Shown here: positions 17,102 to 24,507 of the stretch, piece by piece
Layout: each line of letters starts with the position of its first letter
Position numbering within the stretch: position 1 is the first letter of the stretch
NCBI GenBank assembly: GCA_947625225.1
Contig: CANQNQ010000004.1
Span: 443-64,442 of the forward strand
Reading direction: 5' to 3'
Length of the DNA stretch: 64,000 bases
Source: an uncultured Clostridia bacterium
GTDB lineage: Bacteria; Bacillota; Clostridia; Christensenellales; CAG-917
Program-made: the position numbers and the translations under genes
Notes under the pieces: generated by a model
Databases searched by the model: none
Seen by the model: the letters and a program-made list of their open reading frames with translations, nothing else
What the model was told of the DNA's origin: nothing

Positions 17102-18325
17102 TCAGTCGCGCTCGATGTCCGCGCCCACAGACCTCAGATCCTCAAAGAAATTCGGATAGGATTTGCCCACGCAATCCGCGCCATCAAGGGTACAGCCGCC
17201 AAGTTTCAAGCCGATCAGCGCGGCGCTCATCGCCATGCGGTGATCCCCGTATGAAACAAAGTTTGCGCTGTGCGGGTCTCCGCCGAATATGACGAGTCTG
17301 TCGCCATCTACCTGTGTTGAGATGTCGCAGCGCGACAGCATATCCACCACCGCGGCAAGCCTGTCGCTCTCCTTATCCCTCAAGCGCGATACGCCGTAAA
17401 CAGTTGATTTTCCCTTCGCAAACGCCAACGCCGCGCTGAGCGCGGGCACAAGGTCGGGGCAGTCTTTCGCGTCAAACTCGATGGGATCAAGCTCGCCTTG
17501 CACACAGCCCACTCCGTCCTTGCTATAAACTTTTGCACCAGCCGATTTGAGCAGTTCGACTACAACTTTGTCGCCCTGAACGGAGCGCATGTTTACGTTG
17601 TCCACGCGCACGTCGCCCATCAGCGCGCCCGCGATAAGCATAGCCGCCGCTGACGACCAATCCCCCTCAAGCATATCAGCATCAGGCGCAACATAGCGCT
17701 GTTTTGACGGCAAAAAATAACCTGTATTGAGTTTTTTTACCATAATTCCGCTGTTTTTCAACATGTCGAGAGTCAAATCCACATACCCCTGCGACACTGT
17801 TTTGCCCACAAGATGTATCTCGCTGTCCTCGCCAAGCAGTGGCAGCGCCATCAACATCCCGGATATAAATTGCGAGCTGACGTCCGCGGGCACCTTGAAA
17901 ACGCCGCCGCTCAACCTTCCTCGCACCTCAAGCGGCAACCAGCCGTCTGCGGGCGCGGTTATCTGCGCGCCATGCGCGTTGAGCGCGTCAATAAGCTCCT
18001 TCATAGGCCGCTTTGCCAGCCTACCCTCGCCCTCAAACGTGACTTTTGCGCCAAGCGCCGCCGCGATGGGCAACAAAAACCTCAATGTGGAACCGCTTTC
18101 GCCAACATTCAACGTTTTATGCGCGCTTTTGTCGCGCGCGATATTTTCGCTCAACTGCTCCAGACAACGCGCAGTAGCCGACACGTCCTTGTTTATATAT
18201 GGAAGTTCGGCGGGCTGCCCTGCAAGCGCCGAGGCTATCAAAAATCTGTGCGCCACCGATTTTGAGTACGGCACGCGCACGCTGCCCCGCAGCACGGATC
18301 TCTCAAGCCTCATGACCTCGCCCAT
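17102..18325 (-). CDS. aroA: 3-phosphoshikimate 1-carboxyvinyltransferase (EPSP synthase)
   Basis: VPYSKSVAHRFLI, LNVGESGSTLRFL and YGDHRMAMS. RBS AGGGAG is present. Confidence 0.93.
   Translation of the reverse strand: MGEVMRLERSVLRGSVRVPYSKSVAHRFLIASALAGQPAELPYINKDVSATARCLEQLSENIARDKSAHKTLNVGESGSTLRFLLPIAAALGAKVTFEGEGRLAKRPMKELIDALNAHGAQITAPADGWLPLEVRGRLSGGVFKVPADVSSQFISGMLMALPLLGEDSEIHLVGKTVSQGYVDLTLDMLKNSGIMVKKLNTGYFLPSKQRYVAPDADMLEGDWSSAAAMLIAGALMGDVRVDNVNMRSVQGDKVVVELLKSAGAKVYSKDGVGCVQGELDPIEFDAKDCPDLVPALSAALAFAKGKSTVYGVSRLRDKESDRLAAVVDMLSRCDISTQVDGDRLVIFGGDPHSANFVSYGDHRMAMSAALIGLKLGGCTLDGADCVGKSYPNFFEDLRSVGADIERD
17709..17738 (-). repeat. CAATACAGGT-core motif inside the aroA CDS (exact core 17720-17729)
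   Basis: The plus strand reads GGCAAAAAATA ACCTGTATTG AGTTTTTTT. It encodes KKLNTGYF in aroA. Confidence 0.75.
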
Positions 18326-18345
18326 AGTAAAACTCCCTTATTTTA

Positions 18346-18376
18346 CAAAAATTTATACCTGTATCGCGTTTTTCGG
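18346..18376 (-). repeat. CAATACAGGT-type motif, one mismatch (ACCTGTATCG 18357-18366), aroA/aroB gap
   Basis: CAAAAATTTAT ACCTGTATCG CGTTTTTCGG. Confidence 0.65.
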
Positions 18377-18388
18377 CAATTTTCAACG

Positions 18389-19423
18389 TCAAGCCTTGAC
18401 GTATTCGCCAAATTGCGCCCAGCTCATACGCCTTACCGCGCAGTTGCCGATACCGCGCATACACACCACGTTTATACCTTCGTCCGCGTCCGCCTTTTTG
18501 TCCGCGCGCGCAAACTCAAGCAAGTCGTCTATATCCTCGCCCTCCAAGTCAAAGCTGTACTTGCGCTCAAGCTCCTCTACCTTTTTAAGCTCATCCCGGC
18601 GAAGTTCGCCCGCCTTTAGGGCAGCGCGCGCCATGATAAGCACGCCCTTTGCCACCGCCACGCCGTGCGGGACGGTATAGCCGCTTGCGCACTCCAGCGC
18701 GTGCCCCAGCGTGTGCCCAAGGTTGAGCAGCATGCGCTTGCCACCTTCGAATTGGTCCTGCTCCACCACTTGCGCCTTGTAGCTCACGCAAAGCTCCACA
18801 AACCGCTCTAGGGGCTCTATCCCCTCGGCAAGCAGTTTTTCAAGCTCGCCGCCCGCGAGGCAAGCGTACTTTATGCCCTCGCCTATACCGCAACGCCACT
18901 CCGCCTCGGGCAGCGTGTCCAAAAAATCCAGATCTGCCGCGACAAGTATTGGCTGATGGAAGGCGCCAAGCAGATTTTTGCCGCCTGCGAGGTCTACTCC
19001 CGTCTTTCCGCCGACGCTGCTGTCTATCATAGCAAGCAGAGTGGTCGGCATTTGAACGACGGATATGCCGCGCATGTAGGTCGCCGCGGCAAAGCCCGCA
19101 ATGTCACCGACTACGCCTCCGCCAAGCGCCACAACGATGTCCTTTCTCGAAAAGCGCCTGTATCTGAGCGCCTCGATGACGGCAAGATAGGTCTCCACCG
19201 TCTTTGACGCCTCGCCCGCCTCGAAGGAGAATGTGCTTACCTTATATCCCGCGCGGTCAAACGCCTTTACGACGCGCGCAAGATGCAGAGGCGCAACGTT
19301 GCTGTCGGTCACCACCATTACTTTGCAGTCCTTTTGGCATATCTTGCCTATTGCCTCGTCAAGAATGCCGCGTCCTATATAAACCTTATATGCGGGCATA
19401 AGCCTCACTTCAACCTCTGTCAT
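18389..19423 (-). CDS. aroB: 3-dehydroquinate synthase
   Basis: GGGVVGDIAGFAAATYMRGI, LNLGHTLGHALE and HGVAVAKG. Confidence 0.93.
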   Translation of the reverse strand: MTEVEVRLMPAYKVYIGRGILDEAIGKICQKDCKVMVVTDSNVAPLHLARVVKAFDRAGYKVSTFSFEAGEASKTVETYLAVIEALRYRRFSRKDIVVALGGGVVGDIAGFAAATYMRGISVVQMPTTLLAMIDSSVGGKTGVDLAGGKNLLGAFHQPILVAADLDFLDTLPEAEWRCGIGEGIKYACLAGGELEKLLAEGIEPLERFVELCVSYKAQVVEQDQFEGGKRMLLNLGHTLGHALECASGYTVPHGVAVAKGVLIMARAALKAGELRRDELKKVEELERKYSFDLEGEDIDDLLEFARADKKADADEGINVVCMRGIGNCAVRRMSWAQFGEYVKA

Positions 19424-20267
19424 CGCCTCTCTCCCTTGCCGCCCTATCGGCTTCGAGTTTACGATTCGTGCTTTGTCTTAAAAGCACGTTAAGTGTTTTC
19501 GCATCGCCCATGTCTATTGCGCGCTTATACTGTTCAAGCCTGTCTATCATGCCGTCTATGCGGCTTACAAGATTGTCCGCGTTGTTCAAAAACAGCTCTG
19601 TCCACATATCTGCGTCAAGTCTTGCCACGCGTGTGAGGTCGTTAAAACTGCCCGCTGAGTAGCCCGCATGCTGCGCCGAAAGCGGATCGGAAGCGTAACA
19701 TCCCGACACCACGTGCGCCAGCTGGGACGTGTACGAAATCAACGTATCGTGTTTTTGAGCGGAGCATATTTCAACGTCTTTGAAGCCCAACGGAAGCAGC
19801 AACTTTGCCGCCAAGTCCTCCGCGCCGGGGCTTACGGGCACAAGGATGGCGTACGCGCCCTTGAAAAGAGTGGGAGCTGAATGCGCTATGCCGTTGAACT
19901 CCCGTCCCGCCATGGGATGAAATCCGCAGAAGTTCAGTTTGCCGTAAGTTGCCATAAGTTTCTGCATATGTGCGACGATCCCGCGCTTGTTGCCGCACAC
20001 ATCCATCACCAGCGCGCCGTCCTTAAGTTTGGGGCACAGCGCGTCAAGCTGCCTTATCGTATCCGCCTCGTTCAGCGCAACGATGGCGACGTCCATATCG
20101 CCTATGTTGTCCTCAGACAGCCTGCCGCTGACGGCGCAAAGTTTGTCCGCCTCGTCCAGCGCTTCCTCGCGGATATCAAAGCCGTACACCGTATTGTCGG
20201 TGTACTTGACGAACGCTCTGCCAAGCGAGCCGCCTATGAGTCCCATTCCGATGATAGCAATTTTCAT
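19410..20267 (-). CDS. tyrA: Prephenate dehydrogenase
   Basis: ORF trimmed to [19 protein letters not shown] (Rossmann fold) after GTGAGG. It contains HPMAG. Confidence 0.88.
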   Translation of the reverse strand: MKIAIIGMGLIGGSLGRAFVKYTDNTVYGFDIREEALDEADKLCAVSGRLSEDNIGDMDVAIVALNEADTIRQLDALCPKLKDGALVMDVCGNKRGIVAHMQKLMATYGKLNFCGFHPMAGREFNGIAHSAPTLFKGAYAILVPVSPGAEDLAAKLLLPLGFKDVEICSAQKHDTLISYTSQLAHVVSGCYASDPLSAQHAGYSAGSFNDLTRVARLDADMWTELFLNNADNLVSRIDGMIDRLEQYKRAIDMGDAKTLNVLLRQSTNRKLEADRAARERGDDRG

Positions 20268-20272
20268 AAGCC

Positions 20273-21292
20273 TCACTTATCGTCCCTGTGCTTGCCGACT
20301 GCGGGAAGCATCATATCTATCGCCTTTACCATGCCGTCAAATTGGTCCGGGCGCAGCGATTGCGCGCCGTCACACAGCGCGTGGACGGGATCGTTGTGCA
20401 CCTCTATCATCAAGCCGTCCGCGCCCGCGCCTACCGAAGCGAGGCTGAGCGGAGGTACCAGCCTTGACAGCCCCGACGCGTGGGAGGGGTCGACTATCAC
20501 GGGCAGATGCGTGCGCTCCTTGAGTATGGGGATGGCCGAGATGTCAAGCGTGTTGCGCGTGTACGTCTCGTAGGTGCGTATGCCGCGCTCGCAAAGTATA
20601 ACGTTGGGATTACCCTCGGACATGATATACTCCGCGCTCATCAGCCACTCCTCGATAGTGGCGGCGAGTCCGCGTTTTAGCAAAACAGGGGTTTTAAGTC
20701 TGCCTAAGCGCTTGAGCAAGTCGAAGTTCTGCATATTGCGCGCGCCCACCTGCAAGATGTCCACGCCCTCGAAATCGTCGATATGCTCCTCGCTCATTAT
20801 CTCGCTGATGATGGGCATGCCCGTCTCCTGCTTCGCCTTTTTAAGCAGTTTGAGGCCGTCCACGCCCAAGCCCTGAAAAGCGTAAGGCGATGTGCGCGGC
20901 TTGAACGCGCCGCCGCGAAGTATGGTCGCGCCCGCCCGCTTGACCGCCTGCGCCACCTCGATTATCTGTCGCTCGCTCTCCACAGAGCATGGCCCCGCGA
21001 TGATCTGGAAACTGCCGCCGCCAAACTTGTGCCCGCCGACGTCTATCACAGTGTCCGCGGGGTGGAATTTGCGGTTGGCATTTTTGTACGGCTCCTGCAC
21101 GCGGGTGACGCTCTCCACAATGTCAAGCGTGCGCACCAGCCCGATGTCCACCTTGGACGTGTCGCCGATGAGCCCCAACACGGTGCTGTTTTCGCCCTCG
21201 CTGACATGCACGCCAAGCCCCAGGCCCTTTATCCAATTGATGAGGCTGTCGACCTGTTTTGGGTCCTTATCCTTTTTGATTACGACGATCAT
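20273..21292 (-). CDS. aroF: 3-deoxy-7-phosphoheptulonate (DAHP) synthase, type I-beta with N-terminal regulatory domain
   Basis: [17 protein letters not shown].. (ferredoxin-like domain), then [20 protein letters not shown] and VIVDPSH. RBS GGAGGG is present. Confidence 0.92.
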   Translation of the reverse strand: MIVVIKKDKDPKQVDSLINWIKGLGLGVHVSEGENSTVLGLIGDTSKVDIGLVRTLDIVESVTRVQEPYKNANRKFHPADTVIDVGGHKFGGGSFQIIAGPCSVESERQIIEVAQAVKRAGATILRGGAFKPRTSPYAFQGLGVDGLKLLKKAKQETGMPIISEIMSEEHIDDFEGVDILQVGARNMQNFDLLKRLGRLKTPVLLKRGLAATIEEWLMSAEYIMSEGNPNVILCERGIRTYETYTRNTLDISAIPILKERTHLPVIVDPSHASGLSRLVPPLSLASVGAGADGLMIEVHNDPVHALCDGAQSLRPDQFDGMVKAIDMMLPAVGKHRDDK

Positions 21293-21336
21293 GTGCCCTC
21301 CAAAAAGCTCGTTTACTTAAATTCTGCCCTATTTAT

Positions 21337-21360
21337 AAAAAAATCCAACACCGTGTTTGG
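21337..21360 (-). terminator. Attenuator terminator candidate in the aro leader
   Basis: The minus strand reads CCAAACACGGTGTTGG followed by ATTTTTTTAT. The stem is short (about 6 bp with a bulge). It lies ~45 nt upstream of the aroF ATG. Confidence 0.5.
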
Positions 21361-21395
21361 GTGCCGGTCTTTCAAAATCCGCACACCAAACACAG

Positions 21396-21458
21396 CTACC
21401 TGACGTAGCCGAAGTAAAAGTAATATGCGGAAGCAGAATATTTGTTGCGATTTTTCAT
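21396..21458 (-). CDS. Candidate aromatic leader peptide (20 aa): MKNRNKYSASAYYFYFGYVR
   Basis: Own translation; the ORF is too short for the ORF track. It has 5 Tyr and 2 Phe, and 6 of 7 residues at positions 12-18 are aromatic. The ATG lies 6 nt after the -10 box and there is no SD. The stop is 3 nt before the alternative-hairpin region. Confidence 0.5.
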   Translation of the reverse strand: MKNRNKYSASAYYFYFGYVR

Positions 21459-21464
21459 AATTTC

Positions 21465-21493
21465 AGTGTATACTTGCGCGCGCGATTTGTCAA
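21465..21493 (-). promoter_or_regulatory. Sigma-A-type promoter candidate for the aro operon
   Basis: The minus strand reads TTGACA (21493-21488), 17-bp spacer, TACACT (21470-21465). It shares the 12-mer TTGACAAATCGC with the promoter candidate at 22764. Confidence 0.5.
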
Positions 21494-21602
21494 GAAATAT
21501 TTATTTATAATACAAATATGCATATTTTGCGCGTGTTTTGCGCGTGATTTTTTGAGATCCAAGACGACTTTTGCGCAAAAAATCCGCATTTTTTTAGGCT
21601 TG

Positions 21603-22505
21603 TTATTTGCCGCCGACAAACCTTTTTGTAAGCCTCTCAAGCTTCAAGCCGTACAGCGCGGCGACCGCCACCACCGAGGATATTGCGGCTTGCGCGGCGT
21701 CCATCGGCAGCGCGACCAGCGCCGTTGCGTACGTCCCGTAAAAGAAAGTCTGGCACACAAAATAGCCCGTCATCATAAACGCAGAGGAAAAAATACACAC
21801 CGCAAAAGACAACAATATCTGTACGACAGCGGCGACGCGGTTTGTGCGTTTTTGTGCGCTATCGGAATTTGAATTGCATTTTTCTTTGGATAAAGTACTG
21901 TTTTCGTCATATTCCGCCATATCGTTTGCATGGGGCGCGTTGTCCGGATCGCCCTCGCCGGTGCCGTCTTGAGCGTCACATATATAATCGGATCCGGAAA
22001 GAGAATTTTGTATATTTTCGGACAAATCCGTCGGCGCGGAATTGTCGTCTGCCGTAGCGCCGCTCGCCCCGACGTCAGTTGCGCCGTCCGCGTCGCTGTC
22101 TGCAAATTCGCCTTCCTCCATAGAGTCACGGCTATGCGCAGGCGAGAAACCGGCTGCTGCGGTGGATGTGGAAAACTTCCCGCCAAAGGCACGCTTCACC
22201 ATAAACTTTACCAACTTGAAAAGCATGCCGGCGATGAGCCCTTCAAGCGCTTTGATGACAAGCGTGAACAGCATCGTCGCGGGATACACGGTGAGGTCGG
22301 CAAAGAACGCGCCCAGCCCTCCCGCTATCATCGCGGGGATGGGCCCGAACAGCGATGCGCAGATGAGTATCACGCTGTCGCCGAGGTTGAAATAAAACTG
22401 CGCGCCGGAAAATCCTATAAGCGTACCCACGTACGTAAGCGCCGTCATGACCGCGGTGTAGGCGACAAACCTCGTCGCCGATTTTGCAAACTTTGCGTTT
22501 TTCAT
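21603..22505 (-). CDS. ECF-transporter S component (substrate unknown) with a ~118-aa acidic low-complexity insertion
   Basis: ORF trimmed to MKNAKFAKS after GAAGGAG. It has the S-component pattern FNLGDSVILICASLFGPIPAMIAGGLGAFFADL. An acidic S/D/G/A-rich block follows at 21840-22193, then two more TM helices. Confidence 0.7.
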   Translation of the reverse strand: MKNAKFAKSATRFVAYTAVMTALTYVGTLIGFSGAQFYFNLGDSVILICASLFGPIPAMIAGGLGAFFADLTVYPATMLFTLVIKALEGLIAGMLFKLVKFMVKRAFGGKFSTSTAAAGFSPAHSRDSMEEGEFADSDADGATDVGASGATADDNSAPTDLSENIQNSLSGSDYICDAQDGTGEGDPDNAPHANDMAEYDENSTLSKEKCNSNSDSAQKRTNRVAAVVQILLSFAVCIFSSAFMMTGYFVCQTFFYGTYATALVALPMDAAQAAISSVVAVAALYGLKLERLTKRFVGGK

Positions 22506-22523
22506 AAAAAGATCTCCTTCAAT

Positions 22524-22546
22524 AAAAAATGCACCAATATGGTGCA
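22524..22546 (-). terminator. Intrinsic terminator inside the 5' leader of the ECF S-component gene
   Basis: The minus strand reads TGCACCA TAT TGGTGCA followed by TTTTTTATTG. It lies 18 nt upstream of the RBS, so it is a conditional (riboswitch or attenuator type) terminator. Confidence 0.7.
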
Positions 22547-22729
22547 CGCTGTTCAGGAGGTCGAGAAGGTTGCCATGCAAAAAAAATTGCGGGCAAAATT
22601 CTTTCCCAGTCTGACTTTACAGGCGGTTGCGGGATCTCACCGCATCGGCTGTTGGGGCTGTTGGACTTGTTCGCTCAAGGCGACATTACCACCGGTTGGG
22701 TACACCCGATCCAAAGAATCGTATTTTGT
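22547..22729 (-). promoter_or_regulatory. Structured leader, riboswitch-like (class unresolved; weak resemblance to the cobalamin riboswitch core)
   Basis: The minus strand contains GAUGCGGUGAGAUCCCGCAACCGCCUGUAAAGUCAGAC. Compare the cobalamin riboswitch P4/L4 GGGUGAGAAUCCCGC, ..CCGCUACUGU.. and the B12-box AGYCAGGAGAC. The usual GGGAA is missing. An anti-SD CCUCCU is also present. Confidence 0.3.
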
Positions 22730-22735
22730 ATAAAA

Positions 22736-22764
22736 AGTGTAGACCTTATTTTGCGATTTGTCAA
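22736..22764 (-). promoter_or_regulatory. Sigma-A-type promoter candidate for the ECF S-component gene
   Basis: The minus strand reads TTGACA (22764-22759), 17-bp spacer, TACACT (22741-22736). Confidence 0.5.
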
Positions 22765-22979
22765 TAGCGGCGCGCAACTATTGAAAACTTATATGCTACC
22801 AAATACACTGTACGTGTTTTATAACCCATATAGCTATCGACTTTGATTTTGATATTAACACGTATCGTGTTTTTTATAAATATGTTTTTCACTGCGGTAC
22901 ACTTTCAGCCACGAGTCACACAACGCAAGCATTATCGCGCCGAACGCAGGCAGATAGGCAGGGAAAGTTTTCAAACATA

Positions 22980-23003
22980 AAGCGCCGCATTTTCGCGGCG
23001 CTT
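22980..23003 (-). terminator. Hairpin terminator downstream of the fumarase genes
   Basis: AAGCGCCGC / GCGGCGCTT form a 9-bp stem with a 6-nt loop. The minus strand follows with TTATGTTTG, an imperfect T-run. Confidence 0.6.
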
Positions 23004-23031
23004 CGACATGGCATATCAAAAATAAGGCAAT

Positions 23032-23556
23032 CTAACGGTTGTAAATGCTATTGCCCAGGCTATCAATGGCAACGATCAACGGAAAATCTTGCACGCTTAG
23101 ACAAAATATTGCCTCCGTGCCCAAATCTTCGTACGCCACAACGCGCGCGGACTTGATACAGTCGGCATACAGCGCCCCCGCTCCGCCTATCGCGGCAAGA
23201 TATACTGCTCCGTTTTTTTGTATTGATTGATACACGTTTTGTGTTCTATCACCTTTGCCTATCGTGACTTTTATTCCGCGGTCGTAAAGCGCGGGTGCGT
23301 AGACGTCCATCCTTGCCGAAGTGGTGGGACCCGCCGACACGGGATTGCCGTCCTTTATGCATGGACCCACATAGTATATCCCCTGCCCCTCAAGCGGGAT
23401 AGGAAGAGGTTGACCGCTTTTTATCGCGTCTGTCAAACGCTTGTGCGCGGCATCCCTGCCCGTATAAAGCGTGCCGGACACGCTTACAAACTCGCCTGCG
23501 CGAAGCGCGGCGACGTCCTCTGATGCAAATGGGGCTTTGAGTCGTTTGAATTCCAT
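23032..23556 (-). CDS. Class I (Fe-S) fumarate hydratase / hydro-lyase, beta subunit
   Basis: ORF trimmed to MEFKRLKAPF. It contains GTLYTGRDAAHKRL and GKGDR. The start lies 3 nt after the alpha-subunit stop. Confidence 0.85.
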   Translation of the reverse strand: MEFKRLKAPFASEDVAALRAGEFVSVSGTLYTGRDAAHKRLTDAIKSGQPLPIPLEGQGIYYVGPCIKDGNPVSAGPTTSARMDVYAPALYDRGIKVTIGKGDRTQNVYQSIQKNGAVYLAAIGGAGALYADCIKSARVVAYEDLGTEAIFCLSVQDFPLIVAIDSLGNSIYNR

Positions 23557-23558
23557 AT

Positions 23559-24395
23559 TTACAGCGTGACCTCCGCAACGCGCGCTGCGTTGCATTGTAT
23601 GTTGACCGCGACAGGAAGCGCCGCGATGTGCGTGGGGTACTTGCCTATGTGCACCGCAAGCGCGGTGTTGTTGCCGCCGAATCCCTGAACGCCTATGCCC
23701 AGCGCATTGATGGCGTCCTTCAGCTCTATCTCAAGCGCGGCAAGCGTCGGATCGTCTGAGGGGGCGCCCACTTCGCGCAGCAACTGTTGCTTTGCAAGCA
23801 CGCACGCCTTGTCCGCAGTGCCGCCTATGCCCACGCCGACGATTATAGGCGGACAGGGTTTGGAGCCCGCCTCCTTCACGGCATTTACGACGCAGCGCTT
23901 TACGCCCTCCACGCCATCGGAAGGTGTGAGCATATACAGCCTCGACATATTTTCGCTTCCAAAGCCCTTTGGCAGAAAGGTCAGCGACAGCGCGTCGCCC
24001 GCCGTAAGCTCTATGTGGACGACCGCGGGGGTGTTGTCTCCCGTGTTTTTGCGCGTGATGGGATCGAGCACGCTTGCACGGCAGCCGTTTGCCGCATAGC
24101 CTCTGCGCACGCCCTCGTTGATGGCGTCCTCAAGCAGGCCGCCCTCTATATGGACGTCCTGTCCCAGCCTTACAAAAAACACCGCCATGCCCGTATCCTG
24201 GCACAGAGGCAAGCGTTTTTGCTGCGCCAGCGCGGCGTTTTGAAGCAGCATATCCAGCGAAAAAGCAGCGGAAGGCTCGCTCTCGGTCTCCCTTGCGCGT
24301 CTCAGCGCCGCCTCGCAGGAGGGGGTCATCCTTAGGCACGCGGACGTCAGAGAGCTGCACGCCTCGACGACAGTATCGTAAAAAATAGTCCTCAT
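23559..24395 (-). CDS. Class I (Fe-S) fumarate hydratase / hydro-lyase, alpha subunit
   Basis: ORF trimmed to MRTIFYDTVVEA. It contains LCQDTGMAVFFV and KGFGSENMS. Confidence 0.85.
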   Translation of the reverse strand: MRTIFYDTVVEACSSLTSACLRMTPSCEAALRRARETESEPSAAFSLDMLLQNAALAQQKRLPLCQDTGMAVFFVRLGQDVHIEGGLLEDAINEGVRRGYAANGCRASVLDPITRKNTGDNTPAVVHIELTAGDALSLTFLPKGFGSENMSRLYMLTPSDGVEGVKRCVVNAVKEAGSKPCPPIIVGVGIGGTADKACVLAKQQLLREVGAPSDDPTLAALEIELKDAINALGIGVQGFGGNNTALAVHIGKYPTHIAALPVAVNIQCNAARVAEVTL

Positions 24396-24507
24396 ATTAT
24401 GAATTATAGCCGATTTGCCCGCATATTTCAACACATTTGCCAATAGAGTTGTATATTTTGAGCAAATGTTGTAAAATATGACCGAAAACATATCGTGAGG
24501 CAACAAT

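Noticed and set aside
21341-21372. T-box element in the aro leader (TGGGTGCCGGTC resembles GGGTGGTACCGCG)
   Set aside because: The resemblance is on the plus strand, opposite to the aro operon. There is no specifier-loop or stem I features, and the leader (~165 nt) is short for a T-box.
22765-22979. Small ORFs (20 aa ATG-start; 39 aa TTG-start hydrophobic peptide) or an sRNA in the ~210-bp gap between the fumarase terminator and the ECF-gene promoter
   Set aside because: Neither start codon has a Shine-Dalgarno sequence, and there is no promoter-like element. The only hairpin (AACACG-TAT-CGTGTT, about 22858-22880) is weak. I left the region unannotated.
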